Shown: positions 36,391 to 44,697 of the stretch, one piece after another | Layout: the number at the start of each line of letters is the position of its first letter | Position numbering within the stretch: position 1 is the first letter of the stretch | NCBI GenBank assembly: GCA_016204695.1 | Contig: JACQKD010000014.1 | Location: forward strand, 18,562-82,561 | Source: Candidatus Kaiserbacteria bacterium | GTDB lineage: Bacteria > Patescibacteriota > Minisyncoccia > Phycocordibacterales > UBA918 | DNA length: 64,000 nucleotides | Direction of reading: 5' to 3' | The notes under the pieces: generated by a model | Databases searched by the model: none | The model's input: the letters and a program-made list of their open reading frames with translations, nothing else | Told to the model about the DNA's origin: nothing | Translations under genes and position numbers: made by a program

Positions 36391-36423
36391 GGACGCATCA
36401 AATGATGCGTCCACCTATTTTTT
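36391..36423 (+). terminator. rho-independent terminator abutting tRNA-Gln
   Basis: ggacgcatc-aaat-gatgcgtcc followed by acctatttttt. Confidence 0.5.
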
Positions 36424-36493
36424 GCCGGGTCGTCTAATGGTAGGACTCGGGACTTTGAATCCCGCTATCTTGGTTCGAATCCAAGCCCGGCAG
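36423..36493 (+). tRNA. tRNA-Gln (anticodon UUG)
   Basis: Acceptor tgccggg/cccggca with U1-A72 (typical for bacterial tRNA-Gln), anticodon stem cggga/tcccg with loop ctTTGaa, T arm cttgg-ttcgaat-ccaag, discriminator G. Confidence 0.8.
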
Positions 36494-36707
36494 CAATATG
36501 TATTGGAGCTTTGCCGTAGTAAATAATAGATTAGCGGAAGTATTCTTTGATAAGACCAAAAAGGGTACGACAAAAATCCACGGACATTGCTATGTCAAGA
36601 AGGAAGAATATAAAACCAAAAAAGAACAATTGTGGATCAAGAAAGACTGCGAACGAATCCGTCTTGTATACAGAAACAAAAAGTATCGTAAAATAGGATA
36701 GCTCGCT

Positions 36708-37361
36708 ATGAAATTACTTCTCACCTCGTCCGGGTTTACGAATACATCGATAACAAATGCCTTGCGGGAATTACTTGGTAAAGACTTCAAAGACACGAAT
36801 CTTGTATTTATCCCGACCGCCGCCAATGTCGAGACAGGCGGCAAAGAGTGGCTCATCGACGACTTTATCGCGTGCAAAAAACTCGGCTTTAAGGAAATCG
36901 ATATAGTCGACATCGCGGCCGTCCCGCAAGAAGTATGGGAACCTCGGCTCAAGAACGCGGACATCATCATGGTCGGCGGAGGCAACACCTCATACCTCAT
37001 GGGACAGATAAAAAAGTCAGGGCTGGGAACCCTTCTGCCCGACCTGCTGGAAACACGCATCTATGTGGGCATAAGCGCCGGCAGTATGGTAACTGCGCCG
37101 AAGTTGCAAGAAAAAGAAATGCAAATGCTCTATAACGAACCGATTTTTGATGACGAAACCAATGAGGGTTTGGGCTTTGTTGATTTTCTCGTCGTGCCGC
37201 ATATGAATTCGCCGCACTTCCCTCGTGTCGCCGAACAGATAGACGAAGTTGCCAAAGACACCGATGTCCCGTTCTATGCGCTGGACGACCAATCGGCCGT
37301 GAAAGTTACTGACGGAAATGTCGAAGTCGTTTCAGAGGGGAAGTGGAAGCGATTTAATTAG
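36708..37361 (+). CDS. peptidase S51 (peptidase E/cyanophycinase-like) family protein
   Basis: GISAGSMV nucleophile motif (G-x-S-A-G-S); type-1 glutamine amidotransferase-like fold pattern. Confidence 0.6.
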   Translation: MKLLLTSSGFTNTSITNALRELLGKDFKDTNLVFIPTAANVETGGKEWLIDDFIACKKLGFKEIDIVDIAAVPQEVWEPRLKNADIIMVGGGNTSYLMGQIKKSGLGTLLPDLLETRIYVGISAGSMVTAPKLQEKEMQMLYNEPIFDDETNEGLGFVDFLVVPHMNSPHFPRVAEQIDEVAKDTDVPFYALDDQSAVKVTDGNVEVVSEGKWKRFN

Positions 37362-37563
37362 TTCCTTTGATTGACCACTTTTGCTGATGCGGTAGCCCAG
37401 TTTTTGATTCCTGTGATCGCACTCACTTTCGGTACATCTACTCCCTGTGGCGTCATCCAAGTCTTCGTCCTCGTTTCCGCCATATCAGCCCTCCTCTTCC
37501 GCCAGACAAGTCAAACGGGTACAATGCCCAGCATTATGTGGCCAGACCAATGCAGAGCAACAA

Positions 37564-38010
37564 ATGGCGACTTGTAAAGATCTAAAAACAATTGCAAAAG
37601 CAAGACTGCGGAGTGCAGTAATTCTAATCGATGCTGGCGACTGGGATGGAGCGGCTTACATGATGGGTTACGTCCTAGAATGCGCTCTTAAGGCTGCTGT
37701 ATGCAAGTCGCTACGGTTGACAGACTACCCTCAAAATCGTAAAACTGATACCCATTTTCTCACACATAACTTCGATCAGCTCGTTGTTTTATCAGGGGTA
37801 TCGGACTTATTTGATTCCAACGCAAGCTCAAGTGTGTTCCAAAATTGGTCCGACTTTACAAAGGAGTTTTTGGGTGATTGGCCTGCTATGAGATATAACA
37901 TTCAACACCAACAGACATTTACTGAAATCAAAGTGAGAGACCTGTATACTAACCTTACAGACAAACCAGATGGAATTCTCGCCGTGATAACTAGAAAAAA
38001 ACGATGGTAG
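37564..38010 (+). CDS. HEPN domain protein
   Basis: Helical pattern AKARLRSAVILIDAGDWDGAAYMMGYVLECALKAAVCK and an R-x4-H motif (AMRYNIQHQQ); AT-rich locus; start at internal ATG of ORF 37447. Confidence 0.5.
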   Translation: MATCKDLKTIAKARLRSAVILIDAGDWDGAAYMMGYVLECALKAAVCKSLRLTDYPQNRKTDTHFLTHNFDQLVVLSGVSDLFDSNASSSVFQNWSDFTKEFLGDWPAMRYNIQHQQTFTEIKVRDLYTNLTDKPDGILAVITRKKRW

Positions 38011-38393
38011 AAAAATTTGAAAAAATATTAGAGAAAATCAAATCCGAGAAGGGGCCTCTGACCTTCTTTGGTATATTCAAGATGGATGAATTAACAGATA
38101 AATGGTCCGTCCTATTGTCCGCTACATGGGCATCGGAACACAGCAAAAGAATAGAGGCATTTGAATATCTTTTAGATCTCTTAAGAAAAAATTTGACCTC
38201 GGAGGAAGCACGTTCAATTGCTCGCATCGGAGTATTCTCAAACGATGAACATTTGATCGATTTACTATTGAATTTCCAAAAAGGTTCAAGGATCAGAGAA
38301 CAAAGTATCAACGGAAACATCATACACGATGGCTATGTGTTAGAAGCCAATCGAATAGTCGAATCAGAAATTGTCCCTATACCCGATTATTAG
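38004..38393 (+). CDS. hypothetical protein, translationally coupled partner of the HEPN gene
   Basis: ATG overlaps the HEPN stop (atggtag); 129 aa. There is no nucleotidyltransferase (MNT) GS-x9-D-x-D motif, so it is not a canonical HEPN-MNT partner. Confidence 0.45.
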   Translation: MVEKFEKILEKIKSEKGPLTFFGIFKMDELTDKWSVLLSATWASEHSKRIEAFEYLLDLLRKNLTSEEARSIARIGVFSNDEHLIDLLLNFQKGSRIREQSINGNIIHDGYVLEANRIVESEIVPIPDY

Positions 38394-38412
38394 TTTTATC
38401 ATTACTTCTTAT

Positions 38413-38796
38413 ATGCAAGAACAACTGGATACTGCGGGGGAGTTTTCGCTGGTGAGGCGGGCGAGGAGTTTTGTGCATGCGGGGAGGGGCATTTGGGTAT
38501 TTTTGAAAACCACGCCGAATGCATGGATTGAAATCACCATATTCATCGGAGCGGTAGCGGCCGGTATCGTCGTCGGCCTCACCTATATCGAATGGATCCT
38601 GCTCGTATTTGCCGCAGGATTCGTTCTCGTGTCCGAGGCCTTCAATACGGCCATAGAAATAGACATCAACCTCACCTCTCCCGAATACCATCCCTATGCC
38701 AAAGATACGAAAGATGTCGCCGCAGGCGCGGTGCTCATCGCCTCCATCACCGCCCTCATCATCGGTCTCGCCATCTTCGGCCACCATCTGCTATAG
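38413..38796 (+). CDS. dgkA: diacylglycerol kinase family protein (DgkA/undecaprenol kinase-like)
   Basis: VSEAFNTAIEIDIN and YHPYAKDTKDVAAGAVLIA match prokaryotic DAGK motifs; three TM helices. Confidence 0.75.
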   Translation: MQEQLDTAGEFSLVRRARSFVHAGRGIWVFLKTTPNAWIEITIFIGAVAAGIVVGLTYIEWILLVFAAGFVLVSEAFNTAIEIDINLTSPEYHPYAKDTKDVAAGAVLIASITALIIGLAIFGHHLL

Positions 38797-38798
38797 TT
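38767..38798. repeat. direct repeat copy 1 (3' end of dgkA), also found at 41468-41499
   Basis: ctcgccatcttcggccaccatctgctatagtt versus ctcgccatcttcggccgtcatctgctatagtt (30/32 identical). Confidence 0.6.
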
Positions 38799-38811
38799 CC
38801 ATATCCACCGC

Positions 38812-39150
38812 ATGCAAAAAGTATTGTCCATATCTCTATATTCGGCCCCGATCATTTTGATGATCGGATTGATCCCTTTGATCCGGGACGACTATGTGCT
38901 CACCGCAGTCTATATAGTGATTATTGCCGTATCTCTCAAATTGATTACGGCGAAACGAAACGACCTTGTTGTCCTCATATTCGGTTTTTTCGCGATGATT
39001 GTCTCCGAATACATCTTCATCAGCACGGGCGCGGAAACATTCGTCAGGAATTCCTTGTTCGGTCTCATGCCCCTTTGGCTACCATTTCTGTGGTCCTATG
39101 GTTTTGTCGCGATAAAGAGGGCGATGGCAGTGCTTGGAACAGACAGGTAA
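38812..39150 (+). CDS. small integral membrane protein (hypothetical)
   Basis: Four predicted TM helices; 112 aa. Confidence 0.45.
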   Translation: MQKVLSISLYSAPIILMIGLIPLIRDDYVLTAVYIVIIAVSLKLITAKRNDLVVLIFGFFAMIVSEYIFISTGAETFVRNSLFGLMPLWLPFLWSYGFVAIKRAMAVLGTDR

Positions 39151-39203
39151 GGCAGAGATATATCAAACCGCATGAAAATCTTCGCTATATAATTCATCCG
39201 TAT

Positions 39204-40208
39204 ATGGAACGACCGCCTGCAATCAGATTTTCAATGTTTGAGGACTTCGCCATACGGACGGAACGGAAGGAGAATCCCCGCACCATGCCGTACGTCCTTT
39301 GTTCCGTATCCGCGTTCAGCGGTCAGCGAGAACGGATAAGTCGCATGCTGAAGGACGATATGGAGCGCCTTTTCCGCGAATCTTCCACACAAAAAGAAGT
39401 GGTGACCGTAGAGCCGGCACGTGAGTTTTTGCAGACCGTGTGGCAAAGAGACAGTTATCTTTATTTTAACGGCGTCTACTTTCCTTGGCGATGGATCGAT
39501 ACAAAAGGCCAGAACCGTCCCGAGCGCGAAGCATATGTGCTAAAGATGATGGGGATGAAAGATAGCGTCTCTCTTGAAAAAGTACTGCCGCGGATACTGA
39601 CTGACAGGGACGAGGGAATGTTTGCCATGGGTGAAGGGGGGCTGTATTTCCCCGATCACGACAATAATACGCTGTTTATTTCTCGAGGAATCGTCGCTGA
39701 AGAAGGTACTCTCTCTGAAGAAGAACTTACTAAACGCCTTACAGATATGCATAAGCACATTTTTGGCGACGACATCGACGTCACGGTATTGCCGCAACCG
39801 GATACGACTCCGCATCTTGATACTCATTTTTCTGTTATTCCTAGGACCAAGATTGCGCTATTTGAAAACGGATACTATGGAAAAGCCGAGGGAGCCGGTG
39901 CGATGGAGACATTGGATCAGCTGGGATACGAAAGCGTTCAGACACCGCCGAGCGTTCTCTCGCGTCCTCTCAATATTTTCTATATGGAAAACGATGCGGG
40001 TACGGTATGTGCGTACGTCTATCCGAGCATCAATGAGTCAGTCCGAGACCTCTTGCACCAGAACAACGTAGAGACATACGATATGTCGCCAGCTCTTGGC
40101 AACATCCTCGACGCACAGGAAGGCGGCCCGCGATGTATCACCAACGAAGTCCACACCAAAGACCCTGCTTTCATCAGGAACCTCGGGTTTAAAGCTCCTT
40201 CCTTATGA
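39204..40208 (+). CDS. amidinotransferase/arginine-deiminase-like (guanidino-group-modifying enzyme superfamily) protein
   Basis: PHLDTHFSVIP (H-L-D-T, as in arginine deiminase) and C-terminal EGGPRCITNEV (catalytic Cys context, as in agmatine deiminase/DDAH). Start at the Met 10 nt downstream of a TATAAT box. Confidence 0.5.
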   Translation: MERPPAIRFSMFEDFAIRTERKENPRTMPYVLCSVSAFSGQRERISRMLKDDMERLFRESSTQKEVVTVEPAREFLQTVWQRDSYLYFNGVYFPWRWIDTKGQNRPEREAYVLKMMGMKDSVSLEKVLPRILTDRDEGMFAMGEGGLYFPDHDNNTLFISRGIVAEEGTLSEEELTKRLTDMHKHIFGDDIDVTVLPQPDTTPHLDTHFSVIPRTKIALFENGYYGKAEGAGAMETLDQLGYESVQTPPSVLSRPLNIFYMENDAGTVCAYVYPSINESVRDLLHQNNVETYDMSPALGNILDAQEGGPRCITNEVHTKDPAFIRNLGFKAPSL

Positions 40209-41191
40209 ATGCGCAAAAATATATCATGTCTCAGCTTCAGGTTCTCAAAGAGCCGATATTGCTTGGGGTAAAACCAAAGAGCGCCGAAGAAATGGCGAAA
40301 GCTATTTTTACGGCTCTTATGTCAAAAAAGTTTAGGAAGTATTCCGTGCCTGAAAAGAATCAGGTAATAATCCGTGGAGCCATAGAGAAAAACATAGCGA
40401 ATGGTGAACCCATAAAGATATCATGGCCATTTGGAGGTTATAAGCTGTGGCGCTTTGAAGAAACTCCGGAGGTAGACTGGGCAGAGTTATTTTCTATCAT
40501 GTATTTTGTTCGTTGGCTCAAGCCGGTGTGTGCCCTCTATCAGAAAGGGGTCGAGTTTACGTTTTGGGTCGACGAGGTAGTGATAGCAAAGATGAATAAT
40601 ATTCCTCAGGCAGACCTGGACGCATACCAAAAAAGTTTTGCCGACCTTTTGAAGTTCGTCAAACCGTGGTTGCCCTCCAACCTAAAATTTGAAGTCTTTC
40701 TTGAGAGGTTACAATACGAAAGTAACGAAGCTTTCGAAAAAGGACTGGCAGTGGAGATGGAAAAACTAAGCAACGCCAGGGCCGCAAGTCCACAACCCCT
40801 GTCTGAGGCAGCCATACGCTCGATTGACATGAATGTAAAATTGACGCCAAGACAGGCCCAAGATCCATTCTGGCGGGAGAAGGTGGATCTTATGCACTAC
40901 GCCTACTACAACTTACAAGAGCAGCAAAACCGTATCCGGCCGTCTTATACAACTGTAAATATAACCGCATTTACGACTTTCTTTGAACCGAACGTGATTC
41001 CTGTCGGCACCACTAAAACCTCCATTGCGAAGTTTTGGGTCGGTGTTGGAGCGCTTCAGAGACGCGGGGATAGATTTATAGAAACTATCTTTTCTCTTTC
41101 ACAAATCGACAAGGCACATGCTGTATGGGAATCTGTGAAGATTGTTGGGTTGCGTGGAAAGAACTTCTCAAAGATTAGAGTCGTCGGGTAA
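40205..41191 (+). CDS. hypothetical protein
   Basis: 328 aa; ATGA overlap with the upstream gene; no recognised motif. Confidence 0.45.
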   Translation: MNAQKYIMSQLQVLKEPILLGVKPKSAEEMAKAIFTALMSKKFRKYSVPEKNQVIIRGAIEKNIANGEPIKISWPFGGYKLWRFEETPEVDWAELFSIMYFVRWLKPVCALYQKGVEFTFWVDEVVIAKMNNIPQADLDAYQKSFADLLKFVKPWLPSNLKFEVFLERLQYESNEAFEKGLAVEMEKLSNARAASPQPLSEAAIRSIDMNVKLTPRQAQDPFWREKVDLMHYAYYNLQEQQNRIRPSYTTVNITAFTTFFEPNVIPVGTTKTSIAKFWVGVGALQRRGDRFIETIFSLSQIDKAHAVWESVKIVGLRGKNFSKIRVVG

Positions 41192-41393
41192 TCCTCAAGG
41201 AACTGAAACTGTCTTGTTTGGCAGGAATCTCATACAGCCATATGGGTTTTGTACGTCCGGGGTTCTGTGACTGAACAAATAGACAGGAGAAGATATCCTG
41301 GATACTTCATCTTGGGAGCGAAAAACAGTGCACTTGATTCCAGAACCAGGATCATTTTCGATAGGAGTTAGGTATACTTATTCCACGACGAAA

Positions 41394-41466
41394 ATGCAGA
41401 AACTGCCCAAGCTGGAGAAGGGGGACAAAGTAGCGATTTTGTCGCCGTCGTTTGCGGCAGGGTCGG
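41394..41466. repeat. diverged duplicate of the 5' end of the LD-carboxypeptidase gene (original at 42594-42666)
   Basis: atgcagaaactgcccaagctggagaagggggacaaagtagcgattttgtcgccgtcgtttgcggca versus atgcggaaactgccaaaactacagaaaggggacaaggtggcgattttgtcgccgtcgtttgcggcg; includes a 26-nt identical core. Confidence 0.6.
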
Positions 41467-41467
41467 C

Positions 41468-41499
41468 CTCGCCATCTTCGGCCGTCATCTGCTATAGTT
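41468..41499. repeat. direct repeat copy 2 (duplicate of the dgkA 3' end)
   Basis: See copy 1 at 38767-38798; immediately follows the ldcA 5' duplicate. Confidence 0.6.
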
Positions 41500-41507
41500 T
41501 GTCCAAT

Positions 41508-42146
41508 ATGCGAAAGCTTGTCGTACCACTGTATCTGCAAGCACCGAAATCAGTGGATTGCGGACCGGTATGTGTCCGAATGGTGTTATCCTATTTTGGC
41601 ATCCGCCGAAGTTTGGCCTTCTTGCAGAAAAAACTCCATTACGACAAAACAGGGACATCGTCGTACGACAACGGCGCATTACTCCTCGATGAAGGATTGC
41701 GGGTAACAGCCGTCACCGCCAACCCGATGCTTTTCCCGCCCGACATTGTCCGCTCGCTTAAGAATAAGAAGCACCTCCAAGAGTTGATCACTAAAAAGAG
41801 CAAAACGACCCCTAAATATAAAAAATGTTTGAAGACTTTAGAGAAATTCCTGGAAAAAGGAGGTAATTTAATAATTGAAATCCCGAACGCGAAACACGTA
41901 CGCGCCGCGATCGACGCAAAGCGACCGATTATCGCATTACTCTACGGAAAAGCAATGGGGAGCAACGAAGGAACGTTCCACTTTGTTGTGGTTACGGGAT
42001 ATGACGGCAAACACGTCTTCATCAACAACCCGTATCCGAAGTCAAAACGGCAGTGGAAATGCCCGATGGATACTTTTCTCTATGCGGTCCATTCCTCAAG
42101 TGTGGGATATATAGACAATGCAACGTTGTTAATTATCTCTAAATAA
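41508..42146 (+). CDS. peptidase C39-like domain protein
   Basis: DCGPVCVRMVLSYFG (catalytic Cys context of C39-like/BtrH-type domains) and a downstream FHFVVVTGYDGKHVFINNP His region. Start at internal Met, because the upstream part of ORF 41328 is a chimeric ldcA-5'/dgkA-3' duplicate. Confidence 0.5.
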   Translation: MRKLVVPLYLQAPKSVDCGPVCVRMVLSYFGIRRSLAFLQKKLHYDKTGTSSYDNGALLLDEGLRVTAVTANPMLFPPDIVRSLKNKKHLQELITKKSKTTPKYKKCLKTLEKFLEKGGNLIIEIPNAKHVRAAIDAKRPIIALLYGKAMGSNEGTFHFVVVTGYDGKHVFINNPYPKSKRQWKCPMDTFLYAVHSSSVGYIDNATLLIISK

Positions 42147-42173
42147 GCTCCAGATACTATTCAAGATATAGCT

Positions 42174-42569
42174 ATGAAAACAGAAACAAACGGATTTTCT
42201 TTCATTTTGAAACCGTCGACAATCGTCGAGGCGGGAATCGGGGTATTCGCACTGCATGATATCGCCAAGGGCACCCATATGGCATTGTTTCTGAAAGACT
42301 TTGAGGAAATGATGTATAAGCCGGAGGATGTGCCGGAAGAATTGCAAGGATATTGTCTTGACCTGCCCGATGGGAAGCTTCAATGTCCAAAATATTTCAA
42401 CCGAATGGACATCGGGAACTATCTAAATCACTCGGAAAATGCCAATATACGGTGGGAGGGAGAGAAGGGATATTTTGCCGCCCGCGACATCCGGAAAGGC
42501 GAAGAAATCCTCGCCGACTACCGCCAGCTCGGTGAGCCGGAAGACACCTGGGCGGAGTATTATAGATAG
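42174..42569 (+). CDS. SET domain protein (putative lysine methyltransferase)
   Basis: NHSENANIRWEGE (equivalent of the NHSCxPN motif) and YFAARDIRKGEEILADY (the ELxxDY motif); ~130-aa minimal bacterial SET. Confidence 0.65.
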   Translation: MKTETNGFSFILKPSTIVEAGIGVFALHDIAKGTHMALFLKDFEEMMYKPEDVPEELQGYCLDLPDGKLQCPKYFNRMDIGNYLNHSENANIRWEGEKGYFAARDIRKGEEILADYRQLGEPEDTWAEYYR

Positions 42570-42584
42570 GGAATAATTCACTCC

Positions 42585-43625
42585 ATGACAGAAATGCGGA
42601 AACTGCCAAAACTACAGAAAGGGGACAAGGTGGCGATTTTGTCGCCGTCGTTTGCGGCGCCGGGAAAATGGCCGCAGGTGTATGAGCTCGGACTCACGCG
42701 AGTGCGGGAAGTATTCGGCTTGGACCCGGTCGAATTCCCGACAACCAAAAAGATTGGTGCGTCGGGGGAGGAACGGGCGAAGGACATCATCGACGCGTTC
42801 ACGAATCCCGAGATTAAAGCGGTAATTACCACGCTTGGCGGCAACGACCAAGTCACCTACATCAAGAATCTTCCCGCAGAGCCATTTGTCGAGAACCCGA
42901 AACCGTTTTTCGGGTACAGCGACAATTCGCATTTCTGCAACTTTCTTTTCCTCAATGGCATTCCGTCATACTATGGCGCTTCACTTTTTACGCAGTTTGC
43001 AATACAGGGTGAGATGGATGCCTATACCGTCGAATACATCAACCATGCACTTTTTGACGAGGATGAATTCGAAATCAGACCGTCGGAAGAGTACAACGAC
43101 AAGGGTCTTGATTGGAACAATACTGACCTTCTCGGGACCCGCCGCACCTACTGGCTGAACGAGGGGTGGCATTGGGACGGTGAACAGAGCGCGGAGGGAC
43201 TCCTGTGGGGAGGATGCATCGAGTCGGTCGATGAGATGCTCCGCCACGGCGTGCCTATTCCCACGCTCGAACAATTCACGGACATCGTACTCATGCTTGA
43301 GTCGTCAGAAGAAATACCGCCCGCACAGTATGTATCCCGGATACTTCGGGCGCTCGGCGAGCGGGGGATACTGAAGCAGGTAAAAGGCGTGCTTGTCGGC
43401 CGGCCGAAAGCATGGGAATTCGACAAGCAGAATACCGATGATGAAAAGAAAGCGTATCGCGCGGAACAGCGGGAAATTGTCCTCAAAACAGTCCGTGCGT
43501 ACAATGTCAATATCCCCATCGTCCAAAATCTCGACTTCGGCCACACCGACCCGCAACTCCCGATGCCCTACGGCGGAAAGGTGCGTATAGACTCCGAAGC
43601 CAAGAAGATTTTTGCTGACTTTTAA
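42585..43625 (+). CDS. ldcA: LD-carboxypeptidase (peptidase S66) family protein
   Basis: GDKVAILSPSF N-terminal nucleophile region and overall S66 pattern; start may be the Met at 42594. Confidence 0.8.
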   Translation: MTEMRKLPKLQKGDKVAILSPSFAAPGKWPQVYELGLTRVREVFGLDPVEFPTTKKIGASGEERAKDIIDAFTNPEIKAVITTLGGNDQVTYIKNLPAEPFVENPKPFFGYSDNSHFCNFLFLNGIPSYYGASLFTQFAIQGEMDAYTVEYINHALFDEDEFEIRPSEEYNDKGLDWNNTDLLGTRRTYWLNEGWHWDGEQSAEGLLWGGCIESVDEMLRHGVPIPTLEQFTDIVLMLESSEEIPPAQYVSRILRALGERGILKQVKGVLVGRPKAWEFDKQNTDDEKKAYRAEQREIVLKTVRAYNVNIPIVQNLDFGHTDPQLPMPYGGKVRIDSEAKKIFADF

Positions 43626-43628
43626 ATT

Positions 43629-44135
43629 ATGTTAGAGACTATTCATGATTTTAAAGAAGATGCAAAAAGGTACATCGACCTTTTTAATGCGTTCACGGGA
43701 AAGCATAACCTGACCGATAAAGCACAAGCGGACCATATCTGCTACAAGTGCGGTTCGAAAGAATCATTCGAACAACTTCGAGTTTTGTTCGAATCAAACA
43801 GTAGCTGGATATATCAGTCAATAATCTCGAACCGCCGCATCGCATATATAAAGCTTGCGGAAGGTATCGAATCCGCATTGGGCACAATCCATTTCCTCGA
43901 GCTGTCGGACCAGAAACCGGATGGTTCACAACATGACGGTTTTGACCACATAGAGGCCTATCCCACAGCATATTCCTACGAAGAAATGGTGCGAGAATTG
44001 GAATCCTCGGAGAAGGTACTGAAGATAGAACGCCCGCACCATACCACACATGACATTGATATCGGCGACAAGTTCTTATTTCGTTGCACCCAGGGTCCCC
44101 TCGTGGAGAAGATTAAAAGTACGGAAATGATTTGA
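43629..44135 (+). CDS. hypothetical protein (possibly VOC/glyoxalase-fold)
   Basis: DHICYKC...FLEL...DHIEAY spacing is reminiscent of VOC metal ligands; weak. Confidence 0.3.
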   Translation: MLETIHDFKEDAKRYIDLFNAFTGKHNLTDKAQADHICYKCGSKESFEQLRVLFESNSSWIYQSIISNRRIAYIKLAEGIESALGTIHFLELSDQKPDGSQHDGFDHIEAYPTAYSYEEMVRELESSEKVLKIERPHHTTHDIDIGDKFLFRCTQGPLVEKIKSTEMI

Positions 44136-44145
44136 TAATGACAAT

Positions 44146-44694
44146 ATGAGCACACACATCACATATTTCGTCCATGGTACGACGACGGATAACGAACAAC
44201 ATATCTCTTCGGGATGGAAGGATGTGGAGCTTTCGGAGCTTGGTATCAAGTAGGGAAAAGAGCTCGGCGAGACCACCGCAGACAAGCGCTTCGATGTGGT
44301 ATTTTGCTCCGACCTCAGGCGGGCCGTTGGTTCGGCACAACTCGCATGGGGTGACAAATATCCGATCATTCCGGACGAACGTCTGCGCGAGTGCAACTAT
44401 GGCGACCTCAACGGTGCATCTTCGGATATTGTTGAACCGATGCAAGAAGAGGAATGCATCGCAAAGCCGTTTCCGAACGGAGAAAGTTATGGAGACGTAA
44501 AAGCTCGGATTGCGGACTTCCTGGAGTTTCTAAAAACAAACTATGACGGAAAGCATGTCGCGATTGTAGGACATAAGGCACCCCAACTTTCTCTCGACGT
44601 CCTCTTGAAGAGTAAAACATGGACGCAAGCTTTGGCCGAAGATTGGCGAAAGACGAAGGTATGGAAACCTGGCTGGGACTATCTTCTTGAGTGA
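44146..44694 (+). pseudogene. histidine phosphatase family gene interrupted by an in-frame TAG at 44251-44253 (pseudogene, sequencing error or readthrough)
   Basis: MSTHITYFVHGTTTDNEQ (HG motif) ... GIK-TAG-GKELGETTADKRFDVVFCSDLRRAVGSAQ... and C-terminal VAIVGHKA, all in one frame; the ORF track reports only the part after the stop (44296..44694). Confidence 0.45.
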
Positions 44695-44697
44695 GAT

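Noticed and set aside
36084-36420. Possible RNase P RNA or SRP RNA in the pyrG/tRNA-Gln spacer
   Set aside because: Only a partial match to the RNase P 3' P4 strand (aacccggcttata) and a CC-GGAA-GG element were seen. There is no AGGAAAGUCC 5' P4 strand and no convincing domain IV helix. Kept only as a low-interest finding.
38592-39203. Long N-terminal extension (Arg/His-rich) of ORF 38592..40208
   Set aside because: It overlaps dgkA and the small membrane-protein gene in other frames and has low-complexity composition. The enzyme domain starts at 39204.
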